DNA of 64,000 nt from assembly GCF_046119375.1 (NCBI RefSeq), contig NW_027362786.1, positions 14,632,001-14,696,000 of the forward strand. The letters run 5' to 3'. The notes under the pieces are model-generated. The model saw nothing but the letters and a program-made list of their open reading frames with translations. It was not told the origin of the DNA and did not search any database. Shown piece after piece: positions 23,806 through 36,786 of the stretch; positions within the stretch are counted from its first letter, which is position 1, and each line of letters starts with the position of its first letter. A program made the translations under genes and the position numbers. Source of the stretch: Phyllobates terribilis. Lineage: Eukaryota.

Positions 23806-24954
23806 GTATTGGTGAAATAGCTTTTGTCAGATCAGTGGTAATATCCATGTTTCAAAATAACCCATTGTAAATGGTTAATTGCTAAATCCCCATTAGTGTT
23901 GCTGAAGGAAAGTGTAATTTTCTACTATAAATTCTCTTTCCTTTAGCCATAAGCAGCAGCATTATCCCTCCTAATAAGCTATTTTCAATCAGGTAGGCAC
24001 TTGGTCCATAGCCCCTCTAATAGAAGTAGAAGTGATTGTCAGGGAAGCAGTCAAACCATAGCCGTTCTAATAGAAGTGGAACCGATCATCAAGGAGGCAC
24101 AGAGAGAAGTGGAACCGATTGTTTCTTGGCTCTCATCAGCATACCTTGTGATGTTTTTCTGCTTAGTTTTTATAAGTACACGATGTGTCTGCACAGTAGT
24201 AGGGCTATATAGGCTGACAATTCATTTGATTCAAAGTTATCACCCGTTCTATCATTTCAGGAGGACAGAATCCCCCATTGGTGCTGCTGCTTTGGACTAA
24301 GGGAAAGGGAATTAATGGTAAGAAATGTAACTTTACTTACCACTGGAATCCCCTGCTGTTTCAGTGCTGTTGCTCTGCTTGTCTCTGTCAGAATCAGAAA
24401 TTATGGCAGTCTTTGCTTCCGGCACCAACTGAGACCATCAGAAGAGCAACAGAGAAGTGGTGGAGGATTCCAGTTGTTATCTATATATATAATCGTCTAA
24501 TTCTGTTTGTCTGTAACAGAAATCCTGCGTCGCTGATTGGTCGCGCCAGCCGCCCGTGACCAATCAGCGACAGGCGCAGTCCGGCCGCGAATTGGCGAAG
24601 AATTTGAACCACGCTTTGCTGATCGGCCGGCCGGGCGCGACCAATCAGCGATATTGGAGTGGCTACTTTAAATTAACCCCCCAATGTATCCCCCCGGGGC
24701 CCATAATGAATTTCGTAAATACCTCATGTTGCCAATACTGCCTGTGCGCGGCACTATCGCTGACCGCGCACAGGCAGCACACGACCCCCTGCTGCTGCCG
24801 GCTCTTGCTTTCGCTTATGTCACGACTATTTGCGGCTGCAGCTAGGGGTCTCCTGTTCCGCATTCCATGGTGAGTGACGGGTTGTGGGCGGGGTTATCCC
24901 CATCGAGTCACACCCGGCATTCATCGCGCGCTCTCTCAATGAATGGGCGCGCGG

Positions 24955-26110
24955 TTACTTCTGGGCTGACGAGAGGGTCTCCGCTATTGTGACATTTTCC
25001 ACCTGGCCTTCGGGAGTGGCTCCCAGGCAAGGAGTTCCCACAAGTTCCCGATCTCGCCACGGCTTGAGCAGGTTTACATGGTACACCTGGTGTTGCTTTT
25101 TTCCACAAGACTGGTGGACTCTGTAGTTCACTTCACCGAGCTTCTCCACCACCTCATACGGGCCTTGCCACTTGGCCAGAAACTTACTTTCAATGGTGGG
25201 AATGAGAACCAGGACGCAATTCCCAGGTTGGAACTGTCGCAGTCTTGCCGACCGGTTATGCACCCTAGCCTGGGCTTCCTGTGCCTGGAGGAGATATTCC
25301 TTCACGATGGGCATCACCTTCGCCATTCTCTCCTGTAACCTGGCAACAGGCTCGATGATGCTCTGAAGGGATGTGACCTCGGCCTCCCAGGTTTCCTTGG
25401 CGATGTCTAGGAGACCTCTTGGATGCTGTCCATACAGGAGCTTAAGTGGAGAGAAGCCAGTGGAGGCTTGAGGAACTTCTCTGACAGAGAAAAGCAGAAA
25501 TGGGAGCAGGTAGTCCCAGTCTCGCCCATCCTTTTCAACGACCTTCCTGAGCATCGCCTTTAAGGTCTTATTGAAATGTTCCACTAGGACGTCTGTCTGC
25601 GGATGATAAACTGAGGTCCGAATCTGGGCAATCTGAAGGACTCTGCATAGCTCCATCATCACCTTGCTCATGAAGGGGGTTCCTTTGTCTGTCAAAATCT
25701 CTTTTGGCAGACCTGTCTGAGCAAAAATATGAACTAGCTCTCGGGCTATACTTTTACTGGATGAGTTCCTTAGGGGCACCGCTTCAGGGTACCGGGTCGC
25801 AAAGTCCATGACCACCAGGATGTATTGGTGGCCCCGGGCCAATTTAACTAAGGGACTCATGAGGTCCATGGCAATAATCTCAAAAGGAACCTCTATGGCA
25901 GGTAGTGGAACTAAGGGACTACTGAAGTGGGAGGTGGCGTGGTTATCTGGCAGGTGGGGCAGGACCTACAATAGGTTAAGATTTCCCGATAACATCCTAG
26001 CCAATAAAACCTCCTCATTATTCTCTCCTGGGTTTTCTCAACCTCTAGGTGTCCCCCAGAATATGCGAGTGTGCCATGTTTAATACCCTCCGACGGTATG
26101 AACCAGGAAC
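24955..26110 (-). pseudogene. Integrase (zinc-binding region plus DDE core)
   Basis: AHSHILG, IIAMDL, ILTDKGTPF, YHPQTDVLVEHFNKTLK; frameshifts in the N-terminal part. Confidence 0.9.
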
Positions 26111-26659
26111 TAAAAGCTGTTCCACTACCTGTTCACTTTTTAGTTTGGTCACCCAGTATAATAGCTTAAGCTGAACTGCAAAGTGTGGGTACCTGGTGTC
26201 CGCCCCCGGCTCTAGAGCAACACCATTACAAACAGTAACATCCCACGCCCCTTTTAAGGTCAAGTCCCGAACTTGAGCTGACCCAAAGTTCTCTCCGGGC
26301 ACCTCTAATTCAGGGAGGTCTGCCACACAGTCTCGTCCTCGTCGCAAACAAGGACACATAATGGGAACTCATCCACTTGCGATGTTGACCGGGGTATTTC
26401 TCTAGGGTCCTGGCTTTTTTCCACAGGACTCAGTCTGGATCCCTTCCCCCACAAGTCACAGAACAAGGGAAAATCGCGCCCCAAAAGAAGGGATGTATCA
26501 GGTCCCTGACCACCCCGACCTCGTGGGATTGGGTGCCAGAGTCTGTTCCGATTATCACTCTGGCAACTGGCTAGTTCTTGGCGGCCCTCGCTGGGTTGAC
26601 AGTCCACACTGCAGGCTGGGTAAACATAATAAGAACATTGTCTGCCTAGGCTGCAATCC

Positions 26660-27636
26660 ATTGGCTCAGCAGACGTATGACACTGGGCAGCTACGTGTCC
26701 CGGATTGTGACACCGCCAACAGATCACATCCTTAACAACAGTCCTTGCGGCACCTTCAGTGGAAGTGGGACGCCCCCCAATTGTGGTTCTGAACCCCTTC
26801 CGAGGTGAACCCTCCCCCTTTTGGGCACTCCAATACGGGGAGGTGATTATATCGGGTTTCCCTAGGGATTTTTTGACCACTTGGTACCTCTCTACCAGGC
26901 CCATGAGGTCGTCCACGTTCCGAGGGTTGCCCTGGGCAACCCAGGTCTGCACCGGCGGCCTGGATATGGAATGGATGAACCTGTCCATCACCACACGCTC
27001 AACCATCTGGGCAGGAGTGGAAGACTTTGGCTGCAGCCATTTCTGGACTAGATGTAACAAGTCGAACATCTTTGAGCGTGGAGGTTTGTCACCAGCATAC
27101 GCCCAGGGGTGGACCCTTTGCACTCTGACAGACATAGTCACTCCTGAGTGTGCCAATATCTCTGTTTTTAATTTTGAGTACTCCTTTGTGTCTTGTAAAT
27201 TCAGATCATAATAGGTCTTCTGTGGCTCCCCGGTCAAATATGGCGCCAGATATCCGCCTACTGCTCCTGAGGCAATCTCTCCTGTTCTGCCACCCTTTCA
27301 AAAACAGTCACGAACGCCTCAACGTCATCCCCCGAGGTCATCTTCTGTAAGGTTCTCCTTACCGTTTTCCTGATGTGTGAGTCATCACCTGGATCTGGGG
27401 GTGGAGCCGATGTCCTGCCACGGAGCTCCCCTGCTAGGAGTTCCATCTGTTGTTGCTGCTGCTGGATTTGCTGTATCAGGAGTTTGTCTCCTGTTGCTGC
27501 TCCCGTTGCTGATGTAGCTGCTCTTGGTGCTGCTGCTGATGCTCTGCTGGGTCTGCTGCATGCTCTGCTGGGTCTGCAAGTGCAGTTGCTGCATGCTCTG
27601 CTGGCTCTGGACCAGGTGCTTAATGAGCTCCTCCAT
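26660..27636 (-). pseudogene. gag: Gag with SCAN-like capsid domain and CCHC knuckle
   Basis: VEAFVTVFERVA; MVERVVMDRFIHSI..VQTWVAQGNPRNVDDLMGLVERY; CWRCHNPGHVAAQC; stops and frameshifts present. Confidence 0.8.
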
Positions 27637-28088
27637 GCTGCCGGACTTTTCTGGCTAGCTGGTGGCCTTTACCCAGGACATCCACCGGTCTCTGTGGCAG
27701 GTACACGTGTTCCTGGAATCTTGCACGCACTCTCGCACCAACTGTGGTAAGAAGCCTCACTTGGCCACTTCTGGAAGTAGACTCAGGAACCATGTTTTCT
27801 CTGCAGGCTTTTTTATGTGGCATAAAGCTCTGCCTGCAGCAAAAATAAACACAGCCTTACTGGCAAAACAACAAAACAAAAAGATAAACGATAACACAGT
27901 CCATTAGCAGTGTGGGATTAGCCACACTGTAGTTCTAGGTTTCAGCTCCTCTCTGAGCTGTGGCCTTCCAGTCTGGAGTCCTTGCCACTCCAAACTCAAC
28001 AACAGAAAAAAAAAGGTTACTGAGCATTTAAATGTTGCTCAGCCACACCCACACCCTGAGGCGGAGGTATGGGGAATGACTTCCCTCC

Positions 28089-29233
28089 TGTAATGGGTCT
28101 GGGAGGCGGAACCTCTGAGCTACTATACAAGGGGGCGGTCCTTGTAAGGGAGCGGGTGGCGACCAGGCAGGCAGTCACAGCAGGTGACCGGGACAGTCTC
28201 TGGATGAACGGGCAGGAGGTCACGGCAAGTGACCGGGGCAGTCTCTGGATGAACGGGCAGGAGGTCACGGCAAGTGACCGGGGCAGTCTCTGGATGAACG
28301 GGCAGGAGGTCACGGCAAGTGACCGGGGCAGTCTCTGGGTAAAGGGTTGGTACGACCTGTGGCGGCTGATGGTAGACGTGAGCTCCCAGGTGAGTAGGCG
28401 AGAGTCTCTGGATAAACGGGTGGTCACAGCATGTGACGGCGGAGCCTCCAGGAAGACCAACAGACAGGCAGCAGATGAGCGCTCCCAGGTGAGCGGGCAG
28501 AAGTCTCTGGACAGGCGGGTGGTCACAGCATGTGACGGCGGATCCTCCAGGTAGGCTAGCAGACAGGCAGCAGATGAGCGCTCCCAGGTGAGCGGGCAGG
28601 AGTCTCTGGACAGGCAGGTGGTCACAGCACGTGACGGCGGAGCCTCCAGGTAGGCTAGCAGGCAGGTAGCAGATGTGCGCTCCCAGGTGAGCGGGCAAGC
28701 TGGTCCATAGACAGACTGACAGGAGTTGGAAGGCAGACCGTCGGACCTCAGGCAAGCAGGCAGGTAGCTGATGTGCGCTCCCAGGTGAGCGGGCAAGTTG
28801 GTCCTTAGACAGACTGACAGGAGTTGGAAGGCAGACCGTCGGACCTCAGGCTAGCAGGCAAGTAGCAGAATATCAGGCAGGAATAAGACAGCAAGCTGGC
28901 AGGAATCTGGCAGGTAACTGGCAGGTAACTGGCAACGGGACCTGAGGGCTGAAGCAGAGTAGTGAACAGTGCAACAACATTGCTCGGGCACCTCCATTTT
29001 GGAGGAGGTGCCTTATATATGGTGAAGTCCTCCGGCCATTGGCCGGGAACTCCTTAGGACGGTGCGCGCGGCCCCTTTAAGAGGGAGGGAGCGCGCGCGC
29101 GCGCGCCCTAAGCACAGTGGCCGGGAAGGAGCGCGCGCTGCCAGCAGAGCGGGAGGAGGACGCCGGGCTCAGAGCAGAGAGGTGAGGGGAACAGCGTCCC
29201 TGCCTAGCAGAGGGCAGGGACGCCGGCGCTACA
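28089..29233 (-). mobile_element. Solo LTR (1145 bp) of the chromodomain Gypsy family, nested in the Gmr1 LTR
   Basis: TG...CA; 5-bp TSD CCTCC (28084-28088 / 29234-29238); highly similar to 60003-61183. Confidence 0.95.
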
Positions 29234-29540
29234 CCTCCCATCTCTACGTCATTCCCATAAAACCACACCCTTTAAAAGAGTTAACCTCTAGCATATAACA
29301 TGCTGTCAGAAAGTCTATTGGTTTCAGTTCACACAGGCTAGCAACTTGCGTGACACATACCTCCCCTCATATGCCATGCCAGTGACTGTCACAGCTTTTA
29401 CCAAATATTTTCCACCTTTGGGCCATGTTCAAATGTTCAGTATTTGGTCAGTATTTACATTGGTATTTGTAAGGCAAAATAACAAGTGGGTGAAAAGTGC
29501 AGAATTGTTGCACGTGTTTCTATTATGCTTTTTGTCTGAT

Positions 29541-29823
29541 TATAATAATAATCTTTTTATTTATATAGCGCCAACATATTGCACAGCGCTTTACAATTCA
29601 GACAATTTACAGACATTATCGGCACTGTCCCCATTAGGGCTCACAATCTACATTCCCTATCAGTATGTCTTTGGAGTCTGTGAGGAAACCGGAGAACCTG
29701 GAGGAAACCCACGCAAACATGGGGAGAACATACAAACTCCTTGCAAATGTTGTCCTTGGTGGGATTTGAACTCAGGATCCCAGTACTGCAAGGCTGCACT
29801 GCTAACCACTGAGCCACTGTGCT
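29541..29823 (-). mobile_element. tRNA-derived V-SINE
   Basis: Reverse-complement copy of 30172-30447, with A/B boxes, V core and (TAA)n tail. Confidence 0.85.
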
Positions 29824-30171
29824 GATGTTAAATACTGACCACATGTAAACGAGGTCTTAGAATAGTACATGGAGCCTTACTATTGCCATCAAAATTAAGT
29901 ATTTACTGCTTCTATTATTATACAACAGTTAACATATCCAAAACTTTACAGAGCTGTAGTATAGGGTTAGTGACTCACTTTTAGCTAGAATTTCTGTGTC
30001 CCCCGGCAAAGATTCAGGTCACATCCCTAGCCCTGTCTTGAAACTAATTTGATCAAAGCAGACCAACACCTTGCATTATGGTCCAGGAGAATATGGATTC
30101 AAACATATTTGAAGGATGCTATAAAATTTACAAATGCTTCATCTCAAAACTGATGCAAGTAGGCATCATCA

Positions 30172-30447
30172 GGGTGGCATGGTGGCACAGTGGTTAGCAC
30201 TGCAGCCTTGCAGTGCTAGGGTCCTGGGTTCAAATCCCACCAAGGACAACATCTGCAAGGAGTTTGTATGCTCTTCCCATGTTTGCGTGGGTTTCCTCCG
30301 GGTTCTCTGGTTTCCTCCCACATTCCAAAGACCTACTGATAGGGAATCTAGATTGTGAGCACCAATGGGGACAGCAACAATAATGTATGTAAAGTGCTGC
30401 AGAATATGTTAGCACTATATAAAAATAAAGATTATTACTATTATTAT
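30172..30447 (+). mobile_element. tRNA-derived V-SINE
   Basis: A box TGGCACAGTGG, B box GGTTCAAATCC, V-domain TTTGCGTGGGTTTCCTCCGGGTTCTCTGGTTTCCTCCCACA, L2-like 3' part, AT-rich tail. Confidence 0.87.
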
Positions 30448-30809
30448 CATGGAAAATATATCCTATGGCTACTGAAGTATACAGTATATGCACAATATAT
30501 TTCAAGAATAGTTGAAATATGAATTAAAATCAAAGACTGTGATATTCTAGCAAGTAGCCTCCAATTTGTTTATAACACACAAGAAAGTTTGCAAATTAAT
30601 ATTTCAAGTTTTTTTCCTTATTTATTTGTTATATACAATTGTGCTTGGAACAAAAAAAATCTTTCAAAAATCCTGTATAGATAAAAGTTTGCTATCACGC
30701 AGGGAGATATCAGTTTCTGGACTTTACTCCCAAAGTGTACTCGTGTCTCATGCAGATGATTAACACAGGGTCCAAAGGAGAAGGAATGAAAATGCAAATG
30801 TTTAATTAA

Positions 30810-31273
30810 GGAGGTTGTCCAACTCTTGGGACATTATTTTTTAATTAAATGTGTATATTTAGGGTTGAAAATCATGTTGGCAATTGGGTTTTGGTCTCAT
30901 AGTGAGAATTAAATTACTAGACATGACATTCATTTTATCCAAAAATTTCTTTAAAAATATAAATAGATCTTCATTAGAAAACATGGATCCCAGAGCGAGG
31001 TGTTCCCGTGTACATTCCCCTTTGATGTAATCTGTGGTCATAAGTCAGCTGAAAGGAGTTTAAAAAAAGACCTGATAAAAGTGTTATAAACTCTACCATT
31101 GGACCATCAGAATGAGCTCGCTGATGGATTCTGTAGCCAGCAATAGGCAGTGCAACACAGAGGCAATAGCAAATTTGTTAATGAAACACAATTACAAAAA
31201 ATTATTTTTTGGGGGGCCAAAAGTACATGCATTTAATTAAGAAAAAAAATGTCCACAAAAATGGACAACCCTT
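30810..31273. mobile_element. T2/Kolobok-type MITE
   Basis: TTAA on both sides; TIR GGAGGTTGTCCA / (rc) AAGGGTTGTCCA, with imperfect inverted similarity extending ~60 bp. Confidence 0.65.
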
Positions 31274-32645
31274 TTAAGCATATATAGTGCATTAAACTAA
31301 AATAACTGGGTAAAAAACAATGTTTTTTTGCTAAAATCTGTTTATCAGATACGCTTATATAAATTACTCACAGATAGAAATATACACCTAGCAATTCCCA
31401 GCACGTCCATGCACCTAAGCTGTGGAATCCACCTTTTTGTGACTATAAATCTGTCTACAAAAGTTTGAATAGGGAAATCAGAATTTGTATTCAAGCATAG
31501 TGATACAGAAGAGTACGGTATTTCTTTTTTATTATAAAGTAGAAACGAATGGAATTAAATATCAACACATAAAGCATAACAATAAGACATTTACTGTTAT
31601 TTCCTGAAATACAATTTATGTCTATGAATTCCAATACTTAAAGCCTCACTTTAAGAGGTTGTCTGGTTTAGGCAAATCCTTATTTATTTATTTTTTTCAT
31701 TTTGCCAAAACAATAAGCAGGTCAAGAGAACTCTCTCTGTAGGGAACCTTTGTGTTAAGCTGGGCAGACAGTGAAGCTGATGGGTGTGCTAGGTTCCATC
31801 TGAAATTATTTACGATGTACAAAAACAGCAAGAACAGGACACAATCACTATACTATGTTTCTTTTTCTGCCTAATACCTTTAAAGGAGAGAAAGATTTTT
31901 GTGCATTAATTAAAGGTCTTAAATATAATACAGCTGAATTGCACATACTTAAATTTAGATTAGAGAAACAAAATAAGCCTAGTTTAAAAATCTTGACGTG
32001 CCAGTCTGTCTTTGCTGAGATTTACTGCAACGTATCTAAAGTTTACCTACCATGTTAAAAAGCCATCATCTAAACATCAGTGGTATTTTGGGGCTGAAAC
32101 CCTTAACAATTGCTAAAATATCAAAATGGCAACATTCAGTTGAGAAGTTGTACTCCATTGGGTCTGATCAGCTCTGAGACTTAAGATTTTCACGGTTGAT
32201 ATTACCATAGTTAAAGGTAGACTGCAGCCTTAACTGACACTGCAAAAGCTGAACAAAAAATGACTAAATGACTGAAAACATACCTGGGTCTTGAACTCCA
32301 TGTCTCTCGCAGTCTATTATTATCTTCCAAAAAATTTCTCAAAGTGTGTTAGTTTCCCTGTCTAAACAGTTCATGTACACACTCAGTGCCAATGTTGTAG
32401 CTTTCTCCAAAACACCTTCCTTCTTCTGTTTTTCTTCTCCTCTTTCCCTCAAGTATATGTCCCCAGGCTGGATTAGAGTAACAGAGTGTTTGTGAAACAA
32501 GGGATCAAAGTCCTTTTAGATCATTTTACTTTGACCTTTATCATATATTACTGTACTACACTGAAGACAGACATACTTTATACGGAAATGTAGGTAAAAA
32601 ATATGAAAATAATTCTATTTGGAGATATTTTTGTTTCTATATTAA

Positions 32646-33861
32646 CCCCTTTATGACCTTGAACGCATATGTACTTCCAAGATCGCCTCCCCCTGTTTGA
32701 TGTGGGCTCAGGCAGTGAGCCCGCATCTTTTCTGTCACATGACGGCTGATCTGATCAGCCGTCATGTGCCCCTAACAGATGAGGGTGGAATCGCGATCCA
32801 CCTGCTTCTGTTAACATGTTAAATGCTTCTGTCAAAGTCCGACAGCAGCATTTAACATTGTTGCGCTGGAAGCGTGTCATAAGACTTGCCGATCAGCACT
32901 CCCATCACATGATCGTGGGTTGCCGATTGGTTGGCATGACAACCTGGTTGTCATAATCAATCTTGCCAAGCGGTCAGTGCTCATAGCAGATGAGCATTTC
33001 TGCAACACATAGCAGGGTTGAAGTCCTGCTATGTGTTGCACAGGCGATCAGATGATCGCAGCTTCTAGTCTCCCATGGAGACTATTGAAGCAAGTGAAAA
33101 GTACAAACATTTTTTGGAAAATATAAAAAAATATAAAAGTTCAAATCAACCCACTTTCGCCCCATTCAAATTAAAACAATTCAAAAAAATTCAAAAATAC
33201 ACATATTTGATATTGCAGCGTTCAGAATCGCCTGATCTATCAATATAAAAAATAATAATCCGATCGATATAAGTCATAACAAGAGGAAAAATCAAAACGC
33301 CAAAATTACGTTTTTTGGTCACTGCAACATTGCAATAAAATGCAATAACAGGCGATCAAAACATCGGATCTACACCATAATGGTATAAAAATAAAAAAAA
33401 GTCAGCTCAGCACACAAAAAATAAGCTCTTACCCAGCCCCAGATCGCGAAAAATGGAAACGCTACGCCTTTTTTTTTTTTTTTTTTAACAAACGTTGGAT
33501 TTTTTTTCACTACTTAAATAAAAAGAACCTATACATGTTTGGTGTCTATGAACTCATAATGACCAGGAGAATCGTAATCGCAGGTCAGTTTTAGCATCCA
33601 GTGAACGTGGAAAGAAAAAAAAAAACAATTGTGGGATTGCACTTGTTTTGCAATTTCACCACACTTGGAATTTTTTTTTCCCGTTTTCCAGTACACGATA
33701 TGGTAAAAACAATGGTCTCTTTCAAAAAGTTCAACTCGTCCCACAAAAAACAACCCCTCACACGGCCATATTGACCGAAAAATAAAAAAATGATGGCTTT
33801 GGGAAGAACAGGAACAAAAAAAGAAAACGCAAAAACTGAAAAACCCAAAGTGGTAAAGGGG
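32646..33861. mobile_element. Non-autonomous piggyBac element (1216 bp)
   Basis: TTAA at 32642-32645 and 33862-33865; TIR CCCCTTTA/TAAAGGGG; no transposase. Confidence 0.85.
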
Positions 33862-33957
33862 TTAATAGTTGAAATGTGCATTGTCCGATAGTGTTTGTAA
33901 AAACAAGCACTTTTGCAATTTACTAATTAAAATTTTCAGCTGTTTTGGACATATTAA

Positions 33958-35253
33958 TGTAGCACCCCAAGGGCTCGGTTGCTACAGGGGTATTGCACCT
34001 CGACCCAGAGGTGTGATATTCCACTCCCGGGTAAGGATGGAGTGTGGACCAGGACTCGTTTAGCTGCATGCACCACACACACCCCATTTCCGAGGGACAG
34101 CTCAACGGTGCTCCCACAGAAGTGCAGGCACGACAGTTTCTGTCCCTGGCTGGAGTGGGGAGGGGGAGGAAAACCCAGTGGTGTAGGAGCAGATAGGGGT
34201 GGGTCTCTGGGCATAGGTAGGAGCATATTGGTTGCTAGTCACCTGGGCTCACACATAGAGGGAGGTATATAAGGTGGGCACCATCTTAGAACAGTGTTCA
34301 GTCCGGGGAGTCTGTTCAGGGAGAAGGGAAGTCTGTGCAGTCTGAGGAGGAGTGACAAGGAGCAGAGCTGCTGCATGGGCTCTGCTCCCAGGCAGGCCTT
34401 GTCAGGAGGCCGGGGCCTGAGAGAGAGAGAGAGAGAAGAAGGAACAGAAAGGAAAGTAAGAAAGGAACAAGAACATCAAGAAAGGCCCAGAGACACGAGG
34501 ACAGAGGGAACCCTAAGGACCCAGGAGATTGCGGGTGACGGGTTGGCAGAGCAGGGTACCGGAACCCAAATTGGTGGAGGCAACAAATTCCTCAGCCAAA
34601 GACCGGAGGTTGTGACCACATCTTGGTGCGACCCCTCACTACATCCACCAGGAAAGCATACCATATAGGGTCAGGGAAACCGGAGAGAGGTTTCGCCAAT
34701 AGAAGGCCCGAGGAAGCTGGACAAAGGTGAGTCACTGGTGGGGACGGCCAGAGAAAGGAAAAGAAGGGAGCCCTGTGCCACGCTCTGGAATTGCCTGGGA
34801 GTTGGTCGAGTCCCCTGCCTGGTGGACGCAGCACGGCTTGGGCAGTCATCGCCTGCAGGATTGACACGAATAACAACTGTGAGTAAAGCATTGGAAACTG
34901 CAACCCCACGTCTCTGTGCTTCTTCACCGCACCAGCACAACTGGTGCTGGGACACTCGCGCACCATCACTCCCATCATCTCCACACTAACTGCCCTGAGG
35001 CTATACTGCTCCTGTGGGGAGTCATCCCATTCTAAGCTGCACACATAATACCAGCCTCAGCGGTCTGCCCTGCAGCGGCGGTCCCCATTGACCGCAATCC
35101 ACGGGTGGCGTAGTCGGACATTTGTTATTACACTAAGACAGCCACTGAATTGACCACCCTGGGCATGGACCGGGTCAGCGCCACGGAGACTACAACCCCC
35201 AGCGATCCGGCTCCGGGTGTCCCCTGCACAACACAGGCCCAGGGGGTGCGTCA
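33958..35253 (+). mobile_element. Solo LTR (1296 bp), related to the 3585 and 15713 LTRs
   Basis: TGTAGCACCCC...GGGGTGCGTCA; 4-bp TSD TTAA (33954-33957 / 35254-35257). Confidence 0.95.
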
Positions 35254-35791
35254 TTAACACAATTCTGTTGTTTTTATATTGAAAAAGTTCCAGTATAACA
35301 TCATAGCTGATACATACTTATATTGTTAATTATGCCCACAAAAATGTAGCAACTCAATCAAATATGAAAATATGGAGAACAGAGTTCATGCTACTTGATA
35401 AAAAATACAGTTTATTGAACAAATATTTAAAAACAGATAACAGGCAATTTGTAGAAGAACAAGTGAAGAAAAAACAGTGTTAGGGCTAGGAGTGTTTACT
35501 ATTCTGTTGTTTCCAGCTCATTGCCTAGGAAGCCGAACACCGCTGCTGTCTAGCTTCTAAGCATTGTGATGAAGCTGGCTAGCATTTGGAGGTAACAATT
35601 GTGCTCCAGCGATCCTGGCTAAGTTCAAAAGGGTGCTTACAATTTCAATATCAAAAAAGCTGAGGCATAAAAAAAAAGCACAATATGGTTTTTGAATAAC
35701 TTCGAAATGCTCCACCAGCAGCGCAGTAAAACCTTTTAATTTTTCCACTGCAGTGTAAGTTCAATAGAAAAGAGCTGGTAAGCACAACATA

Positions 35792-36700
35792 TAGGTGCTT
35801 CTCACAAAATTAGAATATCATCAAAGTTAATTTATTTCAATTCTTTAATACAAAAAGTGAAACTCATATTATATAGAGTCATTACAAACAGAGTGATCTA
35901 TTTCAAGTGTTTATTTCTGTTAATGCTGATGATTATGGCTTACAGCCAATGAAAAAACAAAAGTCATTATCTCAGTAAATTAGAATACTTTATATCAACA
36001 GCTTGAAAAATTATTTTAAAATCTGAAATGTTGGCCTACTGAAATGTATGTTCAGTAAATGCACTCAATACTTGGTCGGGGCTCTTTTTGCATCAATTAC
36101 TGCTCAGTGCGGCAATGTGGCATGGAAGCGATCAGCCTGTGGCACTGCTGAGGTGTTATGGAAGCCCAGATTGCTTTAATAGCAGCCTTCAGCTCGTCTG
36201 CATTGTTGGGTCTGGAGTCTCTCATCTTCCTCTAGACAATACCCCATAGATTCTCTATGGGGTTAAGGTCAGGGGAGTTTGCTGGCCAATCAAGCACAGT
36301 GATACTGTTGTGTGTAAACCAGGTATTGGTACTTTTGGCAGTGTGGACAGGGGCCAAGTCCTGCTGGAGAATGACATTTCCATCTCCAAAAAGCTTGTCG
36401 GCAGAGGGAAGCATGAAGTGCTATAAAATTACCTGGTAGACGGCTGAACTGACTTTGGTCTTGATAAAACACAATGGACCTACACCAGCAGATGACATGG
36501 ATCCTCAAACCATCACAGATTGTGGAAACTTCACACTAGACCTCAAGCAGCTTGGATTGTGGCCTCTCCACTCTTCCTCCAGACTCTGGGACCTTGATTT
36601 CCAAATGAAATGCAAAATTTACTTTGCATTTACTTAGTGTTAATGACTGCCTTCTGGACATCTGTCCAGTCAGCAGTCTTCCCCATGATTGAGGAGCATA
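35792..36700 (-). mobile_element. Tc1 (DD34E) transposon remnant, 3' half
   Basis: TA followed by TIR-like AGGTGCTTCTCACAAAATTAGAATATC; QQDLAP...WPANSPDLNPIENLW with 34 residues between D and E. Confidence 0.85.
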
Positions 36701-36786
36701 CTGAAACTGACTAAGGGACTGTTTTAAATGCTTAGGAAGCCTTTCCAGGTGTTTTTTTTGTTAATTATACTAATTTACTGAGTTAA

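Larger units (their letters stand above)
24955..29393 (-). mobile_element. Gmr1-like Gypsy element, 3'-truncated (5' LTR 27743-29393, gag, degenerate PR region, integrase)
   Basis: The LTR is ~500 bp after removing the nested insert and matches 51832-52336. SCAN-like gag and integrase lie directly downstream with no RT between them. Confidence 0.85.

Noticed and set aside
24261-24317. 57-nt candidate exon (TTTCAG|...ATG|GTAAGA), open in two frames
   Set aside because: The peptide is unrecognisable, there are no partner exons, and the GTAAG is mirrored by CTTAC in an adjoining MITE-like palindrome. Needs RNA-seq.
28017-28796. 210-259 aa ORFs inside the chromoviral LTRs (also 59997-60835)
   Set aside because: Explained by stop-poor internal tandem repeats; the translations are repetitive with no domain.
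32284-32467. Minus-strand candidate exon with good acceptor and CAG|GTATGT donor
   Set aside because: All three frames contain stops; at most a non-coding exon, which cannot be supported here.
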